A stretch of 64,000 bases of DNA from the human T2T-CHM13v2.0 reference genome, Homo sapiens, in the NCBI RefSeq assembly GCF_009914755.1, contig NC_060940.1; one strand, given 5' to 3'. Below, in pieces: positions 30,793 to 43,407 of the stretch. The notes under the pieces were generated by a model. That model made no database searches, was not told the DNA's origin, and saw nothing but the letters and a program-made list of their open reading frames with translations. Numbering within the stretch: position 1 is the stretch's first letter; each line of letters starts with the position of its first letter. The position numbers were made by a program, and so were the translations under genes.

Positions 30793-31074
30793 TTTGTTTT
30801 TTTATTTATTTAGACTTTTATTTTAGGTTCATGGGGTACATGCACAGGTTTGTTACATGGATAAATTATGTGTCACCAGAATCTGGTGTGAATGATCCCA
30901 TCACCCAGGTAGTGAGCACCATATCTGAGAGTTAATTTTCAACTGATTGCCACTCTTCCACCTTCCCCCCTAGTAATCTCTGATGTCTATTGTTCTTGTC
31001 TTTGTGTCCCTATGTCACTCAATGTTTAGCTCCCACTTATAAGTGAGAACATATGATACTTGGTTTTCTGTTCC
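30793..31074 (-). mobile_element. L1PA15/16-like 3' end, truncated
   Basis: GGGGTACATGCACAGGTTTGTTACATGG...AATGATCCCATCACCCAGGTAGTGAGCA. Confidence 0.85.
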
Positions 31075-31078
31075 AGGC

Positions 31079-31177
31079 TGTTGGCAAGGCTGGCCTTGAA
31101 CTCCTGACTTCAGGTGATCCACCCACCTCAGCCTCACAAAGTGCTGGGATTACAGGCGTGAGCCACAGTGCCTGGCC
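31079..31177 (-). mobile_element. Alu left-arm fragment (first ~100 nt)
   Basis: TGTTGGCAAGGCTGG...GTGAGCCACAGTGCCTGGCC. Confidence 0.9.
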
Positions 31178-32901
31178 TTATAATTTCTTTTTTTGTTGTT
31201 GTTATTTTTGTCTGGATTTATTTTCAGAGGTACAGCTTCATAAAATAATTTTGACATCATTCTCTTCTATTATTTGGAAGATACTGTGTAGAATTGTAAA
31301 TTTTTCTGTAATGTGTGTTAGCGTTCTCCATTAAAGCCATCTCAATTTGAAGATTTTTATTCTGAGAGATTTTAATTTTAAATTTAATTTCCTTAATAGT
31401 TTTAGGACCATTCAAATTATCTATTTTATATTGGGTAAGTTATGGTAGTTTTTGTTTTTAGAAATTGCTCCAGTTCATCCAAGTTATTAAATTTATGTGT
31501 GTAGAGTTCTGAGTATTCCTTATTATTCTTTTGTGGTCTGCAAAATCATACATGATAGCCCTTGTTATTCCAGATATTGGCAACTTATATCTTTTCTCTC
31601 TTTTTAATCAGACTTGGAGATTTGTTGGTTTTGTTATTTTTAAAAAATTTTTTTTAAATTCATTAATTGTTAAAATGTTTTTACTGCTTTCAATATCATT
31701 AATTTGATATATTATTTTTATTACATTTTTTCTCCTGTTTTCTTTTGGGTTTATTTGCTCATTTTTTATTGAGTTGAAAAGTGTGAGCTAGATTATAAAA
31801 TTGAGACTTTTCCTTTATTTTAAGGTTTGAATTTAGGGCTCTATATTTCCCTCTTAGCAGTGCTTAAACTGTGTCTCACACATTTTATTATGTTTTATTT
31901 TCATATTCACTCAGTTCAATATATTTTTAAATTTTATAAGACTTCCTCTTTTACCTAAGAATTATTTAAAATTTTATTATGCCGTTTCCAAGTGTTTTGA
32001 TATGTTTCTGTCATCATTATATTATTAATGTGTAGTTTGATTACATTGTGATCAGAGAACATATGCTGTATGATTTTAATTATTTTAAATTTGTCATGAT
32101 TTGTTTCATGGTCCATAATATGTTTGACCTCAACATTAGTTCTCTGGGAATTTGAGAAGAATGTGTATTCTGTGGTTGACTGGAGTGTTATATAAGTGCT
32201 CATTAGATTCTGTTGGTTGATGATACTGAGTTTTTATGCAACTTTGCTACTTTTCTGTCTAGTTTTATTAGTTATTGAGTTAGGGCTGTTGAAATCTCAA
32301 ACTAACTTTGTGAATTTCTTTACTTCTTCTCTCAGTTCTATTAATTTTGCCTATTTTCTGCTGTGTCGTTTGGTGCATACATATTTAAGACTGTTACGAT
32401 TTTTGTTGAATTAATCCATTTATTATTATAGAATGCTACTTTCTATCTCTGGTAATTGTCTGCTCTGAAGTTTACCTTACAAATGTCAATATAGCCACTT
32501 CTATTTTCCTTTGGTTAGTATTTGCATGACATATCTCTTTCCATCCTTTTACTTTCAAACTACCAATATTATTAATATTATATATAAACTAAGTTTTTTG
32601 TACACAGAACACACAGCAGGTAGTTGGGTTTGTATTTTAATCCACTCTGCCAATCTTTGTCTTTTAATTGGTATATTTGGACCATTCTTACTTAATCTAG
32701 TTATTGATTTATAAGGGCTTGAAGCTGCCAGTTTTATTTTTGGATTATATTCGTTTTCTCTGCTTTTAATTTTTCTGTTTTCTCTTGCCTGCTTTCTTGT
32801 GGGATTTTTGGACAATTTTTATAAATGCATTTTAATCTTTTTATGCTGTTTATGAGCTTCTCTATTTGCATAGCTTTCTAAATGGTTGCCGAAGGTACTA
32901 C

Positions 32902-32904
<3 letters not shown>

Positions 32905-32939
<35 letters not shown>
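32905..32939. repeat. (AC)n microsatellite inside L1M
   Basis: Direct reading. Confidence 0.98.
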
Positions 32940-32940
<1 letters not shown>

Positions 32941-33094
32941 CTTACCACAGCTTACTGGTGTTATCATTTTACCAGTTTAAGTGAAGTATACAAACTTTAC
33001 CTCCTTTTATGTTTCTTTATTATCTCCCATTTATAGTGTAATTTTCTTAAACATTTTCTCTACATACATTTAGAACCATGCCAGAGAGTGTTAC

Positions 33095-33760
33095 TTTTTT
33101 TTGGGTTTATTTTATTTATTTATTTATTTTTATTATACTTTAAGTTCTAGGGTACATGTGCACAATGTGCAGGTTTGTTACATATGTATACATGTGCCAT
33201 GTTGGTGTGCTGCACCCATTAACTCGTTATTTACATTAGGTATATATCCTAATGCTATCCCTTCCCCCTCCTCCACCTCACAACAGCTCCTGGTGTGTGA
33301 TGTTCCCCACCCTGTGTCCAGGTGTTCTCATTGTTCAATTCCCACCTATGAGTGAGAACATGTGGTGTTTCGTTTTTTGTCCTTGCAATAGTTTGCTGAG
33401 AATGATGGTTTCCAGCTTCATCCATGTCCCTACAAAGGACATGAACTCATCCTTTTTTATGGCTGCATAGTATTCCATGGTGTATATGTGCCATATTTTC
33501 TTAATCCAGTCTATCATTGATGAACATTTAGGTTGGTTCCAAGTCTTTGCTATTGTGAATAGTGCTGTAATAAACATACGTGTGCATGTGTCTTTATAGC
33601 AGCATGATTTATAATCCTTTGGGTATATACCCAGCAATGGGATGGCTGGGTCAAATGGTATTTCTAGTTCTAGATTCTTGAGGAATTGCCACACTGTCTT
33701 CTGCAATGGTTGAACTAGTTTACAGTCCCACCGTAAAAGTGTTCCTATTTCTCCACATCC
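33095..33760 (-). mobile_element. 5'-truncated L1PA (L1PA4-6-like) nested in L1M
   Basis: L1PA 3'UTR plus ORF2 C-terminus (ORF 33335-33706); imperfect TSD CCAGAGAGT(GT)TAC. Confidence 0.95.
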
Positions 33761-35718
33761 AGAGAGTTACATTTTTTGCTTCAACTCTCAAACATAATTT
33801 AAGAAAGTCAAGAGGAGAATAAATATCTGTGTATTAACAGAATCATTTTGCGTATTGAGTTCTTTCCTTCTTTTTGATTGTTTTAAGGTTCTTTCTTTGT
33901 TTATCTCCATCTGTTTAGATAACTTTCTTTATCCATTCTTTTAGTGTCCATCTGCTGAGCCGAATGCTCCTAGTTTTCCTGCATCTGCTAATGTCTTGAA
34001 TTCCTCTATTTCTGAAGGATAGTCTTGCTGGATATAGGCTTTTGGATAAACAGTTATCTTCTATAAGTGCTTGAAAAATGTTGTGCCTCTTCTTTCTGTT
34101 TTTTTTTTTACTTTTTTTTCTGCTAAAAGATTATCCATCATTTAAATTGTTTTCCCACATAGTTAAGGTCTTACTTGTCTCTTGTTGCTTTCATGATTTT
34201 TTTTTCTATTGTTCAGGAGTTTGACTGGAATGTTTCTGGGTGTGGATTTCTTTTTATTTATACTATTTTGGCCAGATTCTTTAGGTTTGTGTTTTTTGCC
34301 AAATTTAGGAACTTTCGTACATTATTTCTTTGAATACTTTTTCAGTCCCATCCTTCTTATTCTCTTTTTCTGTGACTACAATGACAAGCATGTTCAACCT
34401 CATACTATCGCCCTTTAGGTCACTGATGATTTTCTATTTTTTTTTTAGTCTATAGCCTCTCTATTGTTTATAGTTTGTAATTTCTACTGTTTAATCTTCA
34501 GCTTCACTGAATCTTTCCTCTGTCCTTTTCATTCTCCCTTTAAACTCATTCATAGAGTTTTTAAAATTTTGATTATTATACTTTACTGTTTTAAAATTTC
34601 CATTTGATTTTTCTTTATTTCTATTTATTTATTTATTTATCAGGCAGCCTCCAAAGCCAGCGTAGGCTCAGAGAGACCTTCTTTATATCTTCTACTTTTT
34701 TGTTCAGACTTTCTATTTTTTTATTTGTTTAATTCTTGTTTCCTCTATTTGAATTCCTCATTACTGTCCAGTGGGGATGCAAGCCCTGACTCTCTACCTG
34801 GCCATTTGTGACACCACCTATTGGGTGGGTGGGACAACTTTATTAGATCCTGAAGAAATTGAAACTCTTGGCTTTCCACTGGATATTTATTTATTTATTT
34901 GTAATGGGTGAAGATAAGGGATGCAAAATTTTCTTTGTTCTTTGGCTGGAATAGAGTAATTATTTTCTTAATGCTTTTTTTCTTATTCCCAGCATCTTCT
35001 CCTGATATTGTTTTTCCTTTGGACAGAGAACCAGGTTTTGTGGAGGGTTTTTTTCCCATGTCCACCTGTTGACATTTTGATTACTGGCCTCTTAGCTCCA
35101 AATCTTGGATACATGTAGCAAATTAAAATCCATTGAATTCATCACTATGTCATTATGCGCATCCCATAGTTGCTAGCTGGTCTGGCTTTGTTGTCTCCAC
35201 CTTTCAGAGTATTATTATATTTTTTCCATATATAACATCCAGAATTGTTAGTTGCACTCAGTAGGAAAAATAGAAAAATGTATGTCTACCCCATATTCCA
35301 GGAAGTATAACTCCTCTATCTATTCCATTTCTTTCATATAAAAAATTCCAACTTCAACAGCCATAAATTTTGACTTAGTAACATTTTGCCAGATGCATTT
35401 AATATATTTGACCTCAACAATGCACCTAATTAGGTTCCTTGATTGAATATAAAGACTTAATCTGAATTATATAATAGTAAGTCACCATGTCCCCTGGGAT
35501 AACAGTTAACTCTTCGTTTTCTCCTATAATCTTCTGCAATTGGAAGAGGATAGGCTTTTGAGAAATCATATCACAAATTTGTTCCTCAATTTGGATAATG
35601 AAAATAGAAGGCTGTGGATATAGAAAGACACTGTTTATCTCAAGGCCAGCATAACTAATATAATGATAAAGATACGACTCATTAGCCAATCTCTCAAGTG
35701 ATTTACTGGATGAGACCA

Positions 35719-36071
35719 TGTATTAGTCTGTTCTCATGCTGCTGATAAAGACATATGTAAGACTGGGCAATTTACAAAAGAAAGAAGTTTATTGGACTTC
35801 CAGTTCCATGTGGCTGGGCAGGCTTCACAATCATGGCAGAAGGCAAAAGGCATGTCTCATGGCAGCAGACAAGAGAAGAGAGCTTGTATGGGGAAACTCC
35901 CCATTTTAAAACCATCAGATCTTGTGAGACTTATTCACTACCACAAAAGCAGCACAGGAAATACATGCCCCATGATTCAATTATCTTCCACTGTGTCCCT
36001 TCCACAACATGTGGGAATTATGGGAGCTATAAGATGAGGTTTGGGTGGGGACACAGAGCCAAACCGTATCA
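35719..36071 (-). mobile_element. THE1 solo LTR (THE1A-like)
   Basis: TGTATTAGTCTGTTCTCATGCTGCTGATAAAGACAT...GACACAGAGCCAAACCGTATCA. Confidence 0.93.
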
Positions 36072-36525
36072 GGCTCATATCCAATCAACCCTATGATCTC
36101 TTCTACTTGTCACCCCTCATTCCCTCCTCTTCAAGTACACACATGTTCACACACACAGAACACTAGAATAAGAATTCTAGATTCAAGTAGAATAAAATCA
36201 GTTATAATAAGCATAATTGAGGAAATAAAGTTCAAAGATGGATGGTGACCTTCACAAAGATCCATGCCTATTTTGTTTGATTTGAAGGATTTATTGAGGG
36301 ATGGGAAATAACAACTGTTGGTAATAATGATGACAAGTTTAAATTTTGTGACATTAGGTTGTAAACTATCATTTTCTCCACACATATGCACATACACAAA
36401 TAATTTGTTGACAAAGAAACATCTAGGTTTGATCTGGTATAAAACCTTTTATTCAGACTGTTTTTACAAGGTGAAATAAGCCATAGATATTTTTCAACCT
36501 GTTAAAATATATGAGTCACTTATTT

Positions 36526-36815
36526 TTCATAAAATAACTATGGCAGAAATAATTTATAAAATTTTATGGACTTTGATCGCATTCTCTGCATATCTTTTTG
36601 ATCATTCTTCTGTAAGCTAAAATTAACATGATAGATAGAGGCCCATTATAGCAAGTGATCCTTTTAAAAAGTTGTCATTGGGTGATCCACTCCTTTATTT
36701 TTAGTTGCATCCAGAGACCACTTCATATGTTTTAAACTTTATTCCATTCCACACTTTACTTTTCATATTATCAGATATAATTTAATAGCAGATCCCAAGT
36801 ACTTAATTCCACCAT
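36526..36815 (+). repeat. Arm A of a local ~290-bp inverted duplication (unique sequence)
   Basis: Aligns by eye to the reverse complement of 37390-37676 at about 87% identity. Confidence 0.92.
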
Positions 36816-37173
36816 TGAGCACTAATATTTTGTGAATGACGGATGTGCAACACATAATCCTGGTTTCTGTGAGGGAGAATTTAAAATCCATCATTTTCTA
36901 ATGTCTCTAGGTTGAGAGACAGTCTGTAACAGAAAATCGCAAAAAGAAGTGTCAGCTTTCACACTGAACTCAATAGACAGCCCTGCTGGCAATGGAGGTT
37001 AAGTGTCTCTACGGTATCACTTACAGACTTTTTGTTTTGTTCAAGACAAATTTACCACACAATAGATAGCTGAGGAAACAGCAAATTCATAAAGATTTGA
37101 AGGTTTAAGAAATGATCGTTGTGAACAGAGACAAAAAAGAAAACTGATGTTTTCTGAGCACTAACTATGAGCC

Positions 37174-37811
37174 TGTCTTCACCTATTGAAGTTGCTGTAA
37201 GAAAATACCACAAAGTGGGTAGGTGATGAACATTTATTTACTACGGTTCTGGAGGCTGGGAAGTCCAGGATCAAGATTCTGATAGATTATGTGTCTAGTG
37301 AGAGCCCGCTTTTCCTAGAGAGCACTGTTTCACTGTGTCCTCACATGGCAGAAGGGGCAAAGGAGCTCTAGGGCCTCTTATAAAGGCACATGGTGGAATT
37401 AAGTACATGAGATCTACTATTAAATTATCTCTGATAATATGACAAAGTGGGAAATGAAAGAAAGTTTAAAACATATGAAGTGGTTTCCTGGACGCAACTA
37501 AAAATAAAGGAGTGGATCTTCCAATGACAACCTTTTAAAAGCATCACTTGGCATAATGGACCTATATCTCTCAAGTCAATTTTAGCTAACAGAAGAATGA
37601 CAAAAAAGATATACAGAGAATGCCATTGAAGTCCATAAATTTTAACAAATTATTTCTGCAGTAGTTATTTTATGAATACTTATCAGTCCCATTCACGAGG
37701 GCTCCATTCTCATGATCTAATCACCCCAAAGTCCCCACTTCCTAATCACATTGGGGGTTCATATTTGAACATATTAATTGTAGGAGAGACAAAGACATTC
37801 AGGTCATGGCA
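37174..37811 (-). mobile_element. MLT1A-like solo LTR interrupted at 37390-37684
   Basis: Consensus ...TATAAGGGCAC|TAATCCCATTCATGAGGGCTCC is split: TAAAGGCAC ends at 37389, AGTCCCATTCACGAGGGCTCC starts at 37685. Confidence 0.88.
37390..37676 (-). repeat. Arm B of the local inverted duplication, inserted in MLT1A
   Basis: Reverse complement of 36526-36815, e.g. TGGTGGAATTAAGTAC vs GTACTTAATTCCACCA. Confidence 0.92.
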
Positions 37812-38519
37812 GCCTAGCAGGCAGACTGCCACTTCATAGAACTTGTTTTCTTTTTTTATCCTTCAGAACAGATTTGGAAGGTAGTCTCTTTTGCCCTTCT
37901 CACAGATAATATACATACTTTATTTACATATACTTCTTTAATCCCCACATAGTACCTCTTTATAACAAGTGGAGCAACACAAAGCTGTGTTAAGAAAAGT
38001 TAATCACATCCTTAAGAGCTCCTGCTTCAAAGGCATCTTTGGGAATCACTAGCATGAACGCAATTCTGGAAAAAATCAAAGAATAAATGTAGAGTGCTTA
38101 TCCTGGGGTACTCTGCTTCGAGCAGAGAGAACCAGATCTGGGTCTTAAATAGTATCTAAGATTGTAACAGGAAGAAGGATAAGAAGAAGTTGAAACTGGA
38201 TAAAACCTCATTAGTAGAAACCTGGAGAGAATAATGATTGAACAATATCAACAGGAACTAACATTTGTTGGGCACTTACCATGTTTGTCTCATTTAATCT
38301 TTACAAGTTAAAAAAAAAAACAGGAATGATTTTCTACACTTTATAAATGAAATGGAGGTATCTGACAAGGTTGTACCGCAACTGATGGCAGGTCCAGAAT
38401 TTTGACACAGCACTGGCGAGTCTTGTCACAAGTGTTTGGCCTTAACTGAGAATTTGCTAAGGTGATTATAAAAATCTTAATGGCATTAGAAACCAGCATC
38501 ATATTCTATTTTTGACTCC

Positions 38520-38791
38520 TTTTTTAATTTTTTTTGGAGATGGAGTCGCACTCTGTCGTCCAGTGCCCAGTGGCGCTATCCCGGCTCACTGCAACCTCTG
38601 CCTCCCGGGTTCAAGCAATTCTCCTGCCTCCCCAGTAGTTGGGACTACAGGCGCATGCTGCCATGCCCAGCTAATTTTTTGTATTTTAGTAGAGATGGAG
38701 TTTCACCATGTTGCCCAGGCGGGTCTCGAACTCCTGATCTCAGGCATTCGACCTGTCTCGGCCTCCCAAAGTGTTAGGATTACAGGCGTGA
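38520..38791 (-). mobile_element. Alu SINE (AluS-like), slightly 5'-truncated
   Basis: Ends at ...TACAGGCGTGA directly followed by TSD TTGACTCC(T/A)TTT. Confidence 0.93.
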
Positions 38792-41077
38792 TTGACTCCA
38801 TTTTAAGGAGATTAGATGCCATTTTTCCAGCGAGTGAGTTTTTTTATGATGTTTGAAAAATAAATGAGACAGTCAAAAATAAATCTGGTAACCATGTAAA
38901 GCCTGCATTTTAGTAGCGTTAGTAGCTAGTTCCTGAACACAATAAATTATGAGTTTATCAAAGTAATTCAGATGATAAGGAATAAATCTGCCCTAAAGTG
39001 TGATTAGTAGTCAAAGAAAAGAAAAAATAGCCATGTGGTGGAATGCTTTTCAAGTAGATGGATAGAATGCAGTCATCAAATGGATGGCAAAACTGTGTTT
39101 CACCTTTCATGTTCTAAGATATTTTTTCTAATGAATTAATAAATTAGAACGTTAACACTTCAAAAGTGGGAGAAGATCTGGCAAGGCTTTTAGCCTCACA
39201 AAGCTGATTGATTTATTTACACAAATGTAGTTTGGAAATATTTGGTAATTATTTCAAATTATGTGAAAGGGATGTAATGTTAACATGATGAAATGCTTCA
39301 TAAAACCCAAGAAATCTCTGATATTTTATTAAACACAATACACCACCATTCCAAATAAATATATAGTAGTTATTAGGGTTAGTAATAAAATCTGATTATT
39401 TTTATAATATATGTTGAGTTCTGCCATATCGATTTTGTCTTATTTTTGTTAGGCTATTGAAGTTATACATTACTCACACTGGTTACTGCTTAAATTGGCA
39501 TATTTATGCCCTTTCTTGTAGTTATGTAATTGGCTTTATTTTTATTATACCATATTCTTGTTGTGAACTTTTCTTTTTGCTGTTGGCTTTATTTTATCAT
39601 ATATTATCCACGAAGGGGCCTTAAATTAGTTCCTTCAGCCTAGAGGGAAAGGGAAACACAGACATTGGCAAAAGCTAAAAATATACATTCCTTTTGTTTT
39701 CCGTGTACTTTCTTGTATATTTCTGCATTAGATCTGACTGCCTACTTTGTGCATTTGAAACAGGGGCACACTCTGACAGAAGTAAGCCTTTCAAAATCAA
39801 TATTGTGAGAAGAGCTGCCAAAATTTGACCAGTAACAGGAATCTTGAAGTCATCAGTTTTTCAGAAGACTGAGGTGGGGCAGTAAATCCAGGGCAGATGT
39901 ATGAGGTAATGAAAGAAAATTTAAGAATGCACTCACACATTGATGTGAGAACTATTAAGATCCCCTTCTCTCTCTTCTATACCTCAAGTTCGTTATCATG
40001 CACTCCAAGCTACCAAATATTCCAGTGTGGTTCTAAAATGAACTTATAAATCCCCCCACAGACTTGATGGCTGTTGTCAGTCACACTTTGCTAAAATAAG
40101 TAAATATTTCTGTCTTCTTGTGCTATGTGGGTCCTGTTGATCTTTAGTATCCCTGGCTTTGCTCTTGTCTTTTGTTAGATTGTGTGTGGATTATTATTGG
40201 TGGAAATGTCATAGTCTTCTCATTATTTATTGCTTAAAATCATTTAAAAAATATTTTAAGAATAAATTTACCAAAAATACTTTGAGTGTCCTCAGTACTC
40301 CCAAAATCCAGGGACTTCCTCTTTTATGACATGCCAAAAATGACCCCTGTCCCCATAATAGACTCAGAAAATCCTGAGTGTCTCAAAAGCTCGTACTTTT
40401 GATTTGTGATCTGGATTATTTTCATCTTTCTCTTTGGCCTGAACAGAAGGATGACACATGAAGGTTGGATCCATTAGGCACTCATCTGGGTAAGGGTAAA
40501 GTGATGACAGAGGCTGGGTAGGTGCCAGCTTCAGAATTAACAGCAGACAATAGTATCATACTAGAATGTTCTAAGAATAGATTTGGCAATTATATGCCAG
40601 GAACCAGTACTTGATGAACTTTGTAACATGTCACATTTTAGATTTTATAATGAATTTTCCCAAGCGTGTTTTTGTCGTTCTCAGTTTTCCCATTATAACA
40701 AAGAAGGGGGAGAGTAGCAGGAAAGTAACACACAGGTTTTCCTTTGAGACCAGCAAGAAAGAGGAAACTGGTGAAACTAAGTTCAATGCACAGCCACTTG
40801 GGGCCAGAATGAGATACAGAAAATCTACAATGATGATAGGTGACATAACTGTGCTCAGAAAACTGCTGAGAAGATTCTGGGTCAGAAGGAAGAAAAGAAG
40901 AACAAAGACTGCTGGGCTGAACCACAAAAGCCGAAGTGAAATTCCCTCACCCTGGCACGTAATTCCATTCCTGTTGCTCCAACATTAATTTCTTTGTTTA
41001 ATGTGATGGAAAAGCGAGGTCTGCATTTGTATATAAAATTTGCTTAGAGTTAAAATGTCCAAAATTTAGAGGTTTGC

Positions 41078-41477
41078 AAAACAACAACAGTTCTGGAAGC
41101 TTGAAGTCTGAAATCAAGGTATCAGAAGGGCTGTGTACCCTTTGAAGCCACAAACAGGAAACCTTTCTTGCCTCTTTCAGTTTCTGGTAGCTACAGGCAT
41201 TGCAGGTTATTCCTTGGTTTGTAGATGCTTTGTTGCAATCTCTGCCTCCACTAACATGTGGTGTTCTTCCTGTGTCTTCATCTCTGTGTCTCTTTGTCTT
41301 TACATGGCCGTTTTTACAAAGGCACTGGTCATCCTAGTCCCATACGACCTAATCTTAACTAAGTACAACTGCAATGACCCTATTTCATTCTGAGTCACAT
41401 TCTCAGCTACTGGTGATTAGGTCTTCTACATATCTTTTTTTCTTTTTTTTTGCAGGGGCATAATTCAATGCATAACA
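41078..41477 (-). mobile_element. MLT1C-like solo LTR
   Basis: CAGTTCTGGAAGCTTGAAGTCTGAAATCAAGGT...GCAATGACCCTATTTC...AATTCAATGCATAACA. Confidence 0.85.
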
Positions 41478-41671
41478 TGATTCCTCTCCCTGCTGCTTCA
41501 GAACTGTAAGTGCTGACAGCCATTTCCTGCTGCTTGCACATGTGTGCTTGATCATTCTGTTGGTTTTCAGTAACCCTGCCTATGTTTTTACATATACTTT
41601 CTTCATTCAACTCTCTTGGTTGTTTCTCTTGATCATGCCTTCTGTTTCCTGCCAGGACCCTTACCATGGTA
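41478..41671 (+). mobile_element. ERVL LTR 3' fragment (LTR33-like)
   Basis: AACCCTGCC...CTTCATTCAACTCTCTT...TCTGTTTCCTGCCAGGACCCT. Confidence 0.55.
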
Positions 41672-42859
41672 AACTGCTTCCCCCATCTTCCCAAAACTCA
41701 GTGTAGCATATATGAAATTGGCCCAGGTAAGATGTCCAAAATTTAGAGGTTTGGGGTTAAAAGATAAAAAAAAAAATATGGATAAGGAGCTAGTCCAAAG
41801 TTTTGAAGTGGCAGTATCATTAAAATGAAAAGACAAGACAGAGCTCTTTGATTTCACCTTTGGAAGTTAAGAGGCACATTGCAGTCATCAGATAAGCTGG
41901 TGACATCATCAAAGCTAGTTGTAGCAAAATATTATTTTCACTGATGAACCTAGTCTGTTCTTTAGACATCAACTGTAATGGAAACTGACAGGATCTAGGA
42001 GAAAGGGTAAAGTCAAAATTTCAAAGCCATTTGTGAATTATAAATAAAGTATAACACTATATATTGAATTGTCACTCCAAATCCCTTGCTCAATGATAAA
42101 CAGATCTCTACCTGCTTTAAAGTTTAATACTGTATGACCATCATTCACCAAGAGTCAGGTTAAGGAGCTTTAGAAAATGATTACTCGAATGGATGTGCTG
42201 ACATACATCCATCTTTGTACCCTTTCCTGAGCCCTTTTCACATAATTTTGCTTCTCTTATCTTCACCTTATGAAAGGACCAGTTTAAAGATTTCAGAAAT
42301 GAATTGTTGAGTATCACTTTTAAGTGATGAAAATTATCCATTTGGGATGTGTATCTCTGTTATGAGCAACACAATTTAGAATTGTGATTTTAGCTACCCT
42401 CAAAGTGTGTGTACATGTATGCATATGTACATGCACGTGTGTGTGTGTTTATGCGTGAATTTTGCTACAGATTTATCACTAGTCCTTCATATAGAAATCT
42501 TCTGCACTAAGTGAAAAAATACCAAAGTCTGTGTGAGAGTAACCTTGAGAATTTGCACTAACTTTCCTTATGCAGAGACCAAATTAGTTCATTATTTCTG
42601 CTTAAGGGCCCACACATTTTCATTTTACTTTAATGCATTTCTTAGAATAAATAATGTGAATGTATTCTGACCGAAGTAATTTCTATCAAAAATATCAGAA
42701 TAACAATGTTAGCAAATGAAATAGTCAGTTTATTCATAGAATTTTAAGTCACTTATTTGCCTCTCTTTTCATCAGTCTCCACCCATAAAAATGAATACTC
42801 TGTAATTTCAGTGTCCATTGTGGTCTTTTAAGCACAAGAAACTCTTGTGCTAAATATGA

Positions 42860-43035
42860 TCAGAAGAGAAGGCCACTGGGACTTAAAGAGACCTGGGTTC
42901 TAGTCCTAGTTTTGCCTCAAATAATTATAGGCCATGAGAGAAATTGCTTTTTCTGTGAGAGTACCATGTATTTTTCTCATCTGTAGAATATAAACATTTT
43001 TCTGAGTAATCTCTTGCTTCTTGTCCAGTTCTGTC
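42860..43035 (+). mobile_element. MIR remnant
   Basis: AGAGACCTGGGTTCTAGTCCTAGTTTTGCC...TTTCTCATCTGTAGAAT. Confidence 0.75.
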
Positions 43036-43127
43036 AATACACGATTCTATGAAATCTATGAAATCTATGAAATTAGTTCTACGAAATATAGAACTAATAG
43101 GAAAAATCTACTATGTCAATGCCACGG

Positions 43128-43201
43128 ATACTTATTTATATATTTTATATATATATAAATAAGTATATTTTTTATATACTTATTTATATATATACTTATT
43201 T
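43128..43201. repeat. AT-rich alternating direct/inverted repeat
   Basis: ATACTTATTTATATA occurs forward, reverse, forward, partial forward. Confidence 0.9.
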
Positions 43202-43407
43202 CATGTCTTGAAATCTGGATAAAAAATGACAAAGACATTTTCCATTAACCTCTTAGGGTGACTATATAAGTGGCCAACACAAATAAAATTCTAGTTCATG
43301 TTGTTAGTCTTAATGGTTTCTGTAATTTCCGAGTCTCTAACTCATTTTAAATTATTTTAAAAGTAAGTGTGACGGACATCTAATACTGGAGGCATCTGAG
43401 AAACTTT

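Larger units (their letters stand above)
29325..35313 (-). mobile_element. Old L1M (L1MC-like), 5' end to 3' end, fragmented by nested insertions and a deletion
   Basis: 3'UTR/ORF2 end at 29325-30107; ORF2 endonuclease region and inter-ORF at 31178-33090; ORF1/5'UTR at 33770-35313 ending ...TCTACCCCATATTCCAGGAAGT. Confidence 0.8.

Noticed and set aside
37390-37684. Insert in MLT1A as a novel transposon or processed pseudogene
   Set aside because: No TIR, TSD or poly(A); fully explained as an inverted copy of 36526-36815
40611-40988. 125-aa ORF overlapped by two antisense ORFs in unique DNA
   Set aside because: Starts at TTG, has no recognisable domain and no convincing splice sites; low-complexity K/R composition fits a chance ORF
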